In this document: in pieces, positions 1 to 11,319 of the stretch
Position numbering within the stretch: the stretch's first letter is position 1
Layout of the letters: every line of letters begins with the position of its first letter
Assembly (NCBI GenBank): GCA_036172245.1
Contig: JAYWIR010000018.1
Location: 2,728,001-2,792,000 of the forward strand
Direction of reading: 5' to 3'
DNA length: 64,000 nt
Source: Raillietiella orientalis
Taxonomy: Eukaryota
The notes under the pieces: model-generated
Database searches by the model: none
The model's input: the letters and a program-made list of their open reading frames with translations, nothing else
Told to the model about the DNA's origin: nothing
Translations under genes and position numbers: made by a program

Positions 1-1749
1 CTCAACACCGGAAGCTCACAAAGATCGATGACCCTGGAGGGGTGGCGGTTTCGAAGGAACAGGGACTCGTTACGGATTTCCTTAAGAAAACCATTAGCCA
101 CAAGACGCCATAAAATATCATCAGACTAACCACCACACAATGGAAAAGCCTTGTTAAGATGAGTCACTGATAAAAAGCAAGATACTTCTTGATTGGGCCC
201 TTCCATTACATAATACAGAAAATGTCTTCCTTCTTTGCGTACGGTGGCGCCGGGACGTTCACTGTAAAGACGTATTTGCCGGCAGGCAGTCATACTGAAC
301 AAAAAAAGGATGACAGGGTAGATGGATAAGAATAGAGAAATAAAGAAAAGAGGGAGACGAAGGAAAGATGAGGGAGAATATGAAGCAGAAGATGGCCAGA
401 AATAAAACAAAGAAAATGGTAAAGAGGACGGCGAAGATGAAGGTAGTGAACAAGACGGGTGCTTGCTGCCGCTCACTTAGAGAATCACCACTTGCCAATC
501 GTACCATTCCCTCCGTGATCACCCGCTGGCGCCCCAGCTGGGGCATTCACTTGGAAAGTTATTCACAACAAGACGGTCATACTGAATAGATGGTCGCTCT
601 TGCATGGCAGGTCTTGCTGCATCTGTCTGGATGCAGGAGGAGTCCCTGCAGTCAAGCCATCTGCTCAGAGAATTGCATTCAATGAAAAGTGGGAAGGATA
701 CAAAAAAATCAAATAAAATAAAATAAAATAAGCGCCTTTTCAAGCACGAAAAGGCGGCAAGAAAAGGGATCGCAGAGAATTCCCTGCAGTGCCTTGCACC
801 CTCTCAAGGATGGCTGCCGGGCTCCTCCCAACATATAGACGGGTGCGACCATTTCGTGGTGATCCTGATGGATAACGGAGACGGCGTCCCTGTTGTTGTG
901 ACCTCTAGCGGCTTAATTGTCCATCCCGCGGTGACGGCAGAGGGTTTCGTTCCGCTCCGCACGAAGGGCTCGCACACGATTCTTCGGGCTGCCCGCCAGG
1001 ATTGCAGAGGGCCCCAAATGCCGGAAGTCTAGACGCTCCACTAGCAAATGAGGAAAGGACTTTGCTTCTCCTGGAACAGCTCAGGATGCAATTCACCTCG
1101 CCAGGCGGAGTGTCCTCGGTACCCCCTGGTAGCAGCACGCAACTTTGCTTTCCGCGCATCGAGGATCTCCTACGCAACCAGCATCGTCAATGCTAGACCG
1201 AATGCAACGCACCAGGTGCAAGGGAAGCGAGGGCGATCATCCTGCATCTTCTTCTGGACTGCGGTGGCCTCTCGGGGAGCTGTGGAGCGCCCAGCGTCAT
1301 CGTTGCATCGCCCTGAGGGCATCCCCAAAGAGCTTCTGCAGAGCTGCTTCATGTGCGGTGGGTTTTCGCCTGCCATCCCAACTCTCCCGATCCTGTGCTC
1401 TGTCAGGAGAGTCATAGGGCCTCCCTTTGCGCGCAGGGAACTCTCCGGCAAGAATTGAAGGCCGTGCGCCTCGGCCCCTAAGGGGGCGAGGTCAAGATGG
1501 CCTCATATGCAAGAAGGCGCGAGGGAGGAACGGCGAGCGACGTAGGCAAGCTGAAGAAGGCGTGGCAGGCAATCCTTTCCTCCCTTCTTTATTTATTTAC
1601 TCATTAATTGCTCTCCACTCCTCCATAACTTTCTCTCCCCGTCCTCGTGTGCAGACAGACTGAGAGCCAGTGGTTCGCTCCCCCTTTGTGGATCCTGAAA
1701 GAGTCGCAGAATCTTTTCCCTACTCTACTTTGCCGGTTTTGCTATTCTT

Positions 1750-4700
1750 GCCAGCGTCACCAAGAGGCGGAGAGCATTGCATGGGGTACCCCGATGCAGC
1801 ATTAGCAGCGCCAAGTCCTGCCGCTCAAGGAGGAGCACGGAGCTGCCAGTGAGCACCGCGGACGTCTCCGCATCTTCCACGGGAATTCCGAGAGAATCCT
1901 TCCAGAGGATAAGTCCCTCGAAATGGACGCAGTTCCCTCCCAGCAGAGGAGTGCGGTCGTTTCTGTTCCTATTCGCGAGTGACCTTGCACCTTGCCGGTT
2001 AACAGCTGGCACTATTTTCCCGTAGTAAGGGCAGCTCCGAGGTAAGGACAGAGTGGCTACTGCTCGGCTTGCCGGGATTTCTCCACGGTGTCCTCCAAGG
2101 AGCAGCGGCCGCATCAGGAGGATCGCAAACACGTGGATCGTCCTGGACTCCGTCCTGTGGATCCTCTCGCACCTTCGCGCTGTTCTCCACGGCCTTGCAC
2201 TGCAGTCCACGGACAGGTGGGAGATGCGAGAGTTTGTCCTCGATGGCTTCATTTGGGCTTGCTTCGCGCTCGCGAAGGGACCGTCCTCGAGGCAAAGAGG
2301 CCGTCAGCTAACCGCAAGTCTTGAGGGGACCCACGGTGGCGACCGCGCGGGAGCCGTAGGTTCAAATCCCACCGTGAAGGATCAAATGTGGGTGCGTCGT
2401 GGGTTTCGAGTTCCCCCTCCCTCCGCAGGATGACGCTGGTTGGCCCACGGACTTCGGGTGCGTCAAATGTAGAAGCCAGAAATCCACAGATGCTTCCGTT
2501 GACTGGACGGGACTGGAAGTTGACCCTCTGGGGTTCTTCCAGGAATCAAGGAGCACCAGTTCTCTCCGGAGTTCTCCTCCGGTTGTGCAAATAGAGCCGC
2601 CTTCCATCGCGTTCCATGAAGCTGTTTTGCTACTCCTTCCTAGGGACACTGCTCCCTTCGGTGAGTGCCCTTTAGAGAAATTGAGAATCGTCCCTTCGGG
2701 ATTCTCTTCAAAGTAGTAACAAGGAGAGACTCCCTCGAGGATGCCCCCCGGGAGAAGAAATTCCAGAAGTGGTCTTATCCAAAGAGAACAAGGAAGAGGT
2801 CTCTTTGGAGCTCTCTCCCAAGAGTAAAAGGAACAGACACCTTCATCCAGATCCTTTTCTGGATTCTCATAGGGTGGTCCCTACGGGGTTCATCCCCTAT
2901 CTTAAAGAGCCACGCTCACCCTCGGCTGGAGTGGGCAGCGTCGAAGAGCTTCGTGATCTCCCTATGTGTCGGCGCCGTGGAGTCTCTCCAATTCCTCGGA
3001 GCTGCTTCTTTTAAGCGAAGGTTTCTTCATCGCTTCTTGAGAACCAAGAAGAAAAAGATCGCCCGTCGACTCGGAAAAGGGTTGCATCTCTCGGAGCAGC
3101 CGATTAAGATGAAAGAAGCCGGCGCGAATGCTCCGCAAGCTTCAGATTCAACGAGCATTGGGAGGGGAGTAAAAATTACAGGAGCAGCAGAGCATGGAGG
3201 AAGAGGCTACGGAGCAACAGGGCTTGGCGGTCAGCGCGATGTCCGGTCACCAGGAGCTGCATCTGCAATTGGCAGAGGAGGTCGTCGAGCACGAATTCAC
3301 GAGCGCACGCGCCTGTCTCTCCTGAACTTTGTGTCGTTGGGTCTAGCTATGCTCGTCGGCTATCGACAAGTTGCTGCCTGGGGGTAACTCACTGACTGGG
3401 GGACTCGGAACTCTTGAACAGCTCCAGGCGAAACTAGCTCTTCAGAGACGGATTCTTCAAACGAAAAAAAAAAAAAAGGTCTCCGCCTTCAGAGTGACCC
3501 AGAAAAAGAAACTGCTCTTTTGCTGACCAACAGGTTTGTTCCAATTCGAAGTGGTAAGACTAATGCACCAAGCCGAGAGGGGACGCTGAAGTTTTACGCT
3601 ACAACGCCTTCAGAGGAGCTCAGAGCTCACTTGTGGGACGCCACCAGCAGTTGCTGAGCACAGGTTTCAAACAGAAACGACCTGTAGTTGGAGTTCCTTG
3701 GAATCATCTTTGGAGCTTCAGTCTTAGAAGCGGCCGCATAAAGCAGGCATGCCCTATCCAAACATCCTTTCCAGGAATGAGAGAGCAGCCGACTTCCGGG
3801 CAGAAACATTCCGACCAACTGAGGAGGATTTCATTGTTTTTGCCGTGCCGGTGATGGACCTGCGGTGCGACCAGTGACGGGGGAATGCTCCACCACAATC
3901 ACCACCATCTCCGTGCTTCTCTTTTGATGCGCCCCATCCGTCTTCTGTTCCTCGACTTCGGCGCTACGAATCCCTGGGCATCCTCCGCCACGGATCCCTG
4001 CACTCCGTCGGCGAAGCGGAGACGCGCCTGCTCTCCTTCCTTCGTCTCGCCCTCCTACAGCGACCCCGGCGGAACGTCGGGGAAGCAGGCGGAGCCCACT
4101 GTCCACGCGCATTCCCACCCGTCACCCTAGAGCAGTATGGATCCACGGGTGCTTCCCAACCTGCTCGGGGAACGGGTGGGTTGGTTGCACCTGCTCGCTC
4201 GTTGCCCTCCCTCTGACCTGGCTGGGCTCTCGACGCTTGCTTTCCCGTTCATCACGCAGTGGCTGGGTCGAACTTTGCCCGTGCCACGCGCACGCCACCT
4301 CCCGACCCGACGGGGTCAGCGCAGCCTCTTGTGCACGCTGTCGGCGCAACGGGACCGCGTCGCACGAGTCCAATTCGAGACGACCACCGTGGGGCAGAGG
4401 ACGAGCTGGGTGTCTCCGCCTGGCCCGAAGGCTTCCAGGCGCTGGGTCGTGCACGCTCGAGGTGGCGTCCCCGGAGCCGCATGGTCCCCGCCAGGTTCGT
4501 TCGCTTCGAGGGTGCCCTGCCCTCCTCGCTCCGGCAGGCGTCTGTCTTCGACGGATGCTGCTAACCCGTCACCGGTGCGCGCCATCTCCTCTTCGCCGCT
4601 TCTGCACTGCTGCGTGCCGCAGGGCGAAAAGGACCGACCGCCTGAGGTGGAGTCGTCGGTCCCGAGTCCCGAATCCGGGCAATCCGAAAGGCCATCCGGC

Positions 4701-5480
4701 GGCATCCCTTTGCGAGACCGGAACAGATGCTGCCGGCATGGGTTGCGCCCACTTCTTCGGCAGTTGTCTTCTGCTGCTGTCCGACCCGCATTTCCGAACG
4801 CACCCATCCATGAGCCGGCGGCAAGCAGATCTTCTCTCACGCAATCCACCGTGGTCGCTGCTGCTCCGGCCAGGGTGTGTCGTCCGGTGAGGGTGACCTC
4901 GCACCTGAACTTCCCCTGATGCTTGCGTGCATCACTCCTCCCAAGATTTGACATGCCTTGTTGCTCGATTTGGCAGGTAGCTTTCCTGACCCCCAGCGGG
5001 GTCATGCTGCGAAGCAGGCTGGCTTTCGCGAGCAGTCGTGCAGCATTTGGAAGCGTTCGGGAAACCCAATGTTCCAGAGGGCGCCGACCAGGGATTGACC
5101 GCGGAAGAGAGAAAGGATTCGTGGAAAGTGAACCCTCGGACCGTGAAAGGGGAAGGCCAGAGGAAGGAGGAATCACGTCTTTGGATTCTCGCTTCTCTCG
5201 GGCTAGGTTCTTTCATCCGTTTCTGCATGCATCCAATCTGCTCCGACGGCGTTGTCGGTTTTTGTGGCTGTCGACGAAAAGGAACCGTTCGTTAGAGAAG
5301 GAATGTAGAGGATTGTGGTTCTTTATTCGTTGTCTGACCTCCTTTAGCTCTTTCCTACCCTTCGAGAGTCTCCTCAAGAACGTGCCTGTCTTTGATGTGT
5401 CGTCGGCTTCCCGACTTCGCGGGATCACCGTTCTCGGGGTGCTGGGTCTGGAAGCGCATTTTTTTCCCCGGGTGACACGG
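1750..5480 (-). mobile_element. Decayed DIRS-like retrotransposon (gag to RT), interrupted by SINE copy 1
   Basis: Low-complexity gag-like frame 4316-5176; IFFFLVLKK at about 3050 (cf. DIRS RT LFLVPKK); IHVFAILLMRPLLL at about 2120 (cf. I.V.AYLDD.LL). Confidence 0.5.
2330..2910 (+). mobile_element. tRNA-headed SINE-like repeat, copy 1
   Basis: B-box-like GGTTCAAATCCC, followed by the shared body GGGTGCGTCGTGGGTTTCGAGT..GATGACGCTGGTTGGCC..GAAGTTGACCCTC..TTCTTCCAGGAATCAAGG..CCTCCGGTT. Confidence 0.7.
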
Positions 5481-6249
5481 AATTAGACGAAAGAGGAAAT
5501 GGAGTCTGGGCCGCAGGTGCAACGCCGCTAGTGTTAACGGATTCGCCTCTCTTTCTCCGTCCTGACACCTGCCACCACTTTCCTCCCTCGCAACATGAGG
5601 AACATCACTGCTTCTCCCGTCCCCATTTTTCATACAGTTCTTATTTCTAATAGAAATCCTAATGCGATCGAGTTCCACAGATCTCCTTTTCATCTGCATG
5701 CGGGTCCTGCTAATGTTCTTGGCTCATCAATCTTGGAAGAGTCATTAACTATTTTCAGAGCATTCCTTGCAGCTTCTAAAAATAGATTTATAGTTCTTGT
5801 GATTGATCCGAGAATTTTGTCAAGCTTGCCCTCCCCCCTCCCCTTCCCCAAGTCTTTCTCCTCCCCTTGCTGCCGAGTCGCACACGCACGTCCCGCCCTT
5901 CGGCGTTTCCGTGGCGTCCTCCGTCGTCGCCGATGACTGCCGCTTTTGCTAATTGGAACGAGAGTACCCGAGATGAGTGCGTGACGTCAGACTTGGTGGA
6001 CTGCTGCTCCTACTGGTGATCTGCTGGCTCTGTCCGCTCCCCCTAGAAGACACTAGGCAGATGGAAGGGCCTCTATCCCTCGTTCAGCCGCCCGCAGAAG
6101 TCCTTCGTTCTCCACCCTTTTCGCCCATTAAATTCGGTATCACCCGTTTCATGTGAAGACATATGTGACTTTGGGATCACCATCCACTCTTTCCGATCCT
6201 CCGGTCACCCGAGAGTGGACTCTTGTCTTCTAGGTACTCACAGGAGAGC

Positions 6250-8800
6250 GCCGTTCAAGTAGCGCCCGCCACTACCACATGAAACCGCGCAGCATCAGTC
6301 TCCAGTAGGCATCTGGCGACAGAGCACTGATTCGTTCGCAATCCCCAAGGTAGAGGCGCTTTCCTGTGAGGCCCGGAAGCACGGTTCCTGGTTCTGAGGA
6401 ATCGGCAAGTCAGGACCGGTCTGCAGATCAGGACGAGCATCCAGGACTGCACCACTTTTGGAGAAAGGTGCGCTTTCCCGATGTTCCCCTGAACCCACCA
6501 GCAGTGTATTCCACACCGTGGGAGCTCGTTTCTAGCGTACCATCACGAGAAGTGACCGAAGTGCTCGTTACCAGTCTTTCCGAACAGCGTGACCAGGGAA
6601 AGGCCACCTGGGAGGATTCTCTTTTCTTGCAAAATTTCGCTCTGCTCCTCTTAGTTCCCAGTTGCCAACGAAAAGTCTCATCCCGCTCAAGAGCTTCTGT
6701 CCGCAAAGCAAGCTAAGGAAGGAAGCCAGCCGCCGCGTACCCTCGAGGACAGGAAGCCGGTTCCCTAGATGCGTTTCCTCTCGATCACCTGATCCCCCGG
6801 ACTTCCCTGAACTGTTCTTTATTGAGCATTACTGGTCCTTACCCTGAGTGCATGGCTCGCTGTCTCCACATCCTGGGCTCCGGCAGCAAGTACCGTCCGC
6901 AGCGTCTTCCGCGAAAAAGATGCAAGACTGGTGAAATTTGGTTTCCCAAGATCGATGAGGGCAGTCTCGGGAGATATGCGGCCCGCAGGCCACATCTGGC
7001 CGGACAAGTCAGATTTCGTGCGTGTCGCCCGCGGCACCGCTTCGCGGAATCGCACCGAACCTTCGAGGTTCTCTTTCGCGTAAATCCAGTACTTCCCGTG
7101 TATGAAAGCTACCAATGAAAGTTCATCTTCAACAACTTCCTGTTGCACAAAGGGGTCTGCCACTGCACAAGATGTTAGCTTTCCGAGAGAGCTGTAAGCG
7201 ACAAGGCACGTGCAACAAGTTTGTCGAAATTCATGTGCTTTTTGTTTAGCCAACTTCTTTCCTCTTCGAGAGTTCTTCCCCTTTCCAATGAGCGTAAACC
7301 GTTCCGTCCCGAGATGTCGGACGGTGGTGATGGGGGAGAGAAAGAGAAATTCGCGCCGCCCAGCGTTGGAAGCTGGATGCTGCTTGGGATCGGGTGGTTT
7401 GCTTCGCGGAAGCAAATGTGGGGTGTGTTTGTGTGTTGCGTTCGCAGGGGCGAATCTGTTGCGGCGGCCGTCACAAAGTGTGACGTGGAGAGGCACTTTT
7501 ATCACGACGTCAGAGTTCACGCATCTTCACAAGCAGAGCTGGAAAACAGCACCAACCAACTGTAATCTGTTGTCGAGGTGCCATCGATTTGCAGAAATCT
7601 GTTGCAGCTTCGAATAAAATCGGACTAATTTCAGTGGTAATGACTCGACGAAAGATAACGAATAAACGGACCAGAGAAATGAAAAGCCACCGCAAAGTGA
7701 AACTACAACCGGCTACTCGTAAATTCAAAATCGAAGAGATCGCTATCCCTCGTCTCCAAAATTGTGAGTAGTCTCTCATCGCAATTGTGTTTCTTTTCCA
7801 CAGAGTAGTTGTCCTTTGCTGCTCTTCCGATCTTCAGGCTGAGTCCCCGACCCACTTTCCTTCTCCCGTGGGATCATTCTGTGGATCCGCTGTGCTTCGA
7901 GTGGAGCTGATGTCATGAGGAACGGGCGCGCTCTGCCGGTCCATACAGAGACTCTTCTGCATTCGCTGCCGCTTCGTCCACTACTGCAGCTGGGAGCCAC
8001 CGGTGTGATTCAGCCGCTCTGATTGCTCCCAAGAAAAGTGAAAGTGAAGATCTCGGAAGAATCGGGGCTCGCTGTGCATCTGATACCACCCAAATATCGG
8101 ACTGTCTTCTTCAGCCAGGCTTGCACGACTGGCTGGAAGCAGACTTGGGTCAGCAGGTTTGGACCATTCGTTGATTACAAAAAATGCTCCAAGACGGCAG
8201 CTGGTACAGAGCCTCCGATTCGTCGTGCTCTCACCTCGGCAGGCAGGCCGTGGTGAGTCCAGCGGAGTGCGCCACGAGAGATTGCAGCGCGAACGGCCAA
8301 ACTGTGTTCCTACCCACCCTCCACGCATCATGCCGGGGTCTTCTCCTACCTCCCCTTGCGATCGCTCTGCCTTCAAACACTGGTCCAATCGTGGAAGAGG
8401 ATTTCTTCGAGCACCCTTGACCTGAATCCAGGATCCTTACTTGGACCCAGGACCTCGTCGCTGTCCTGCTGGGAAGCGAAGCTGACGTCAAGCTGCCAAC
8501 AAAGAGCAGGAAGAACTGGGAGGCATCGGCGTAGTTCCAGAGCTTGGTGTTTTCCCGCCATTAGTCTTCCGCTCCCGCGCGTGGTTTCGCGAAGCTCTCT
8601 CGGGCTATCTCCAGGGCACTGAGCTCTCGATTGCTCCTTCCGAAAATCATTGGCCACCGGAACCGGTTGTTGTGGGTGGCAGGAATTCAGAAAATTGGAA
8701 CGGCGCCACAGCATCTGGGTTTTGTTCAATATGGTTCTTCTCGAGATTGCACAGTGCCCACGCAAAAGAGCCAAAATGCTCGTTTTGAGCCGACTGTAGT
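6250..8800 (-). mobile_element. Decayed DIRS-like remnant (RNase H/MT to YR) split by a hAT insertion
   Basis: KHQALELRR at about 8540 (cf. HIN.LEL); only weak MT- and YR-like residues downstream. Confidence 0.35.
6958..7770 (+). mobile_element. hAT (Buster/SPIN/Charlie-like) transposon remnant: 5' end and BED finger
   Basis: Subterminal TGCGGCCCGCAGGCCACATCTGGCC motif typical of this group; frameshifted CGVCLC..GESVAAAVTKCDVERHF (cf. CLIC...VAV.K..N..RH). Confidence 0.55.
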
Positions 8801-9134
8801 CTCCTAGCAGTTGTCACAGATAAAATGAATCCGTTTGCTTTTGAACTTTCGACGTTGATGTGGGGAGTGGGGGTGGATCGTCTTTGCAAGAACTGGATGT
8901 GTTTGTGGTATGCCGCTCCTGGTAACGAGGTGATGTTAACAACGCATCGTTTCCAGGCTTCCAGGGTGCGAAGGTTCTTTCACGTTCCTCGAACGCGGAA
9001 GTCACCCAGCTTTCCTGTTCCGCACAGACTCGTGGTGTGGATGCATTTCTGAGTGTAAACTCACTCTGGTGGAGAATCCAAGAGCGACAACTGGGGGTTG
9101 CCGCTGTGAAAAAAAAAAGGAGAAACAAAAAATC

Positions 9135-9400
9135 CCTCCGGTTGCGTGTAGGGAGTGCCCGACGGCTTCCACCACGGGTGTCTGCGCTCCAGCGCTTCCT
9201 TACACCGTCGTGCGTGCATCCACCGGGCGTGTGCACTGGCGAACGGCTCCACCACTTTTGCAGCTTGAGCACCTTTGTGGAGCTCCAGCCAGCTCCTTTC
9301 GGGGGTCGGTTCGAGGGATCCACCGATGCGTCCACCGGCCGGACTCGAACCCACGACGTGGTTTTGCATGGAGAGGTTCTGAATGCCACGCTCCCAAACG
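9135..9400 (-). mobile_element. Possible second tRNA-derived SINE-like remnant
   Basis: The minus strand has CGTCGTGGGTTCGAGTCC (B box). The body differs from the main family, and there is only one copy in the window. Confidence 0.3.
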
Positions 9401-11113
9401 AACTCCCCACCTATGGAAAACGCGAAACGCGAGCTCAAGAGGGGTGGAGGGGTCACTTGAATCTTCCGTTTTTCACGAGCAAACCAAAAAACCGTCATCC
9501 GAGAGAGATTCCACGTGCTGCAGATGCACTGCAGAAAATTATCTCGATTGTCCGATCTTGCCCGGGACAAACTATTTCAAGTCTTGTCCGAAGGTCGCCA
9601 GTCAATCCGCTCATTTTAAGCATCTCCGTCGCGTCCTTTTCTGGTACATAGCCCTTCCGCTTCTGGAAGAATGGGGAACATTCGTCTAGCGGAGAACTTC
9701 GAATTGCGACGTAGTCCACGGCACAAAAGCGCTTAAGCGTTCAGTAACTGCGTTGGCAGTGGGAACAATGCTCTTCCACAAATAGATGGAATGGAAGAGG
9801 AAAGTAAATGGATAGCTGCTGACTAATCCGGATCTAATGGGTTCAGGATTAGCTCGGCTGCTAATGTTGATGCTCACTTAATCTTCCTCAAGGTTTCTTA
9901 CGTCCAAGATTCCTCTTCCATGATCCTGAAAGAATCTCCTAAAAGTAATGAATGATTACTTTTTCTCAGTGTAGGGGCTTCAGTCAACGTATTGAGCCCA
10001 GATAGTCTGTCCTAGATTTTTCCACCACCATGCCGCGAGCTCAAAGGACTTCTCGACTTGTGCCGAAACTTGAAGTTTCAGTTTCGTTTCCCTTTTTTTT
10101 TTTTTTAGTATTTTACGGATGAAATCCTGATTCCTTTTAATTTATTTCCAACGTCCTTCCAGCTCTTCTGTTTGTTTGTGAGGAGGAGGGAAGGGGGTCC
10201 GCTTTGCATTGAAGAATAAGTGCTGTTGTCGGGTGGTCAACTGGGTGCCTGGTCCGTCATGCACATTCGGAGCCTCGGCTACTCCAGCGTCATCTCGTGG
10301 TGGGGCTCGAAACTCACTGAGCATCCAAACTCTGTTCTCTCCCTTTACGGGGTGGTCCGAATCTCTCGACACCGGCTGGTGAGGCGGCAAGTTCCGTTTC
10401 CGGTCTTACCCCGCTCTCTTGACGCACGACTGCACCTGATCAGTCGGAGAAGCTCTCCTCTCCGAGTCCCCAACCTCTCTCTCCACCATGCCATTAGAAG
10501 GAGCTCTCTCTTTGGGTTGGAACCGCTCCTGGTCCGAGCCCTGCTTGCGATACACCCTGTTGGCGGTCCAGGACGAGGGACTCGTACTGGAGGTACACGC
10601 GAGCGTGTTTGGTGGGAGGGGGGAGAGTCGCATCTCCGAGTTCGCTCCGCGGCCACCGCAGGTCCGTGGCGCTGCGGAGCCAGCGCTTAGAGCGCTCTTC
10701 ATCTGCGACCTGGCCTGTTAACGAGCACGAGAACTTTACACTGCAACAGCAAAATTCACAGGTCTCATTTGCTTTTATTAGAACCTTATGCTACTAAAAA
10801 ATAAAACTTCGAAGTGCATCCGGGTGGACCAACGTCCCTAACGTTCTACGCTTCTCTGTTGCTCCCCTTTGGCATTGTTCCTCTGGTCAAGGTGCAAAAA
10901 ACTGCCCCCTCGGGGAATGTCGAATGGGTGTTGTGGAACTTGGGTCGAACGCTTTAATGTGGAGCTTTCCGAATCTTTTGCAAGATAAACGACTGGCATC
11001 GAGTGCTGGAGATAAACGGTCTGCAATCCCCATGGAAACGATCGGTAGAATGAAACCACAATAGCAAATAATGTAATAATCTGCTTCGATAAATATCGGA
11101 CTAGCAAAAAACC

Positions 11114-11319
11114 TTAAGACGAGTTTAACAGTTCTGCAAGTATAAAAATAAATAAGAAAGTGACATGATATGATCTGGAGCACGAAGAAGCACTGCGACG
11201 AGACTTGGTTTGAGCTGTGATTGGTTTCCACGGTTGCGTGGTACCGTCGTAGGAAAACCAAAACGTGTCTTCTTTGTTAATGGAATGTCCTAGTGTTTGA
11301 GGGGCAGAAGGGCAGGAAC
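11114..11319 (-). CDS. Terminal exon of the Cys-rich gene
   Basis: Encodes SCPSAPQ...TQPWKPIT...VTFLFIFILAELLNSS*. The hydrophobic tail resembles a GPI signal. AAG acceptor. Confidence 0.7.
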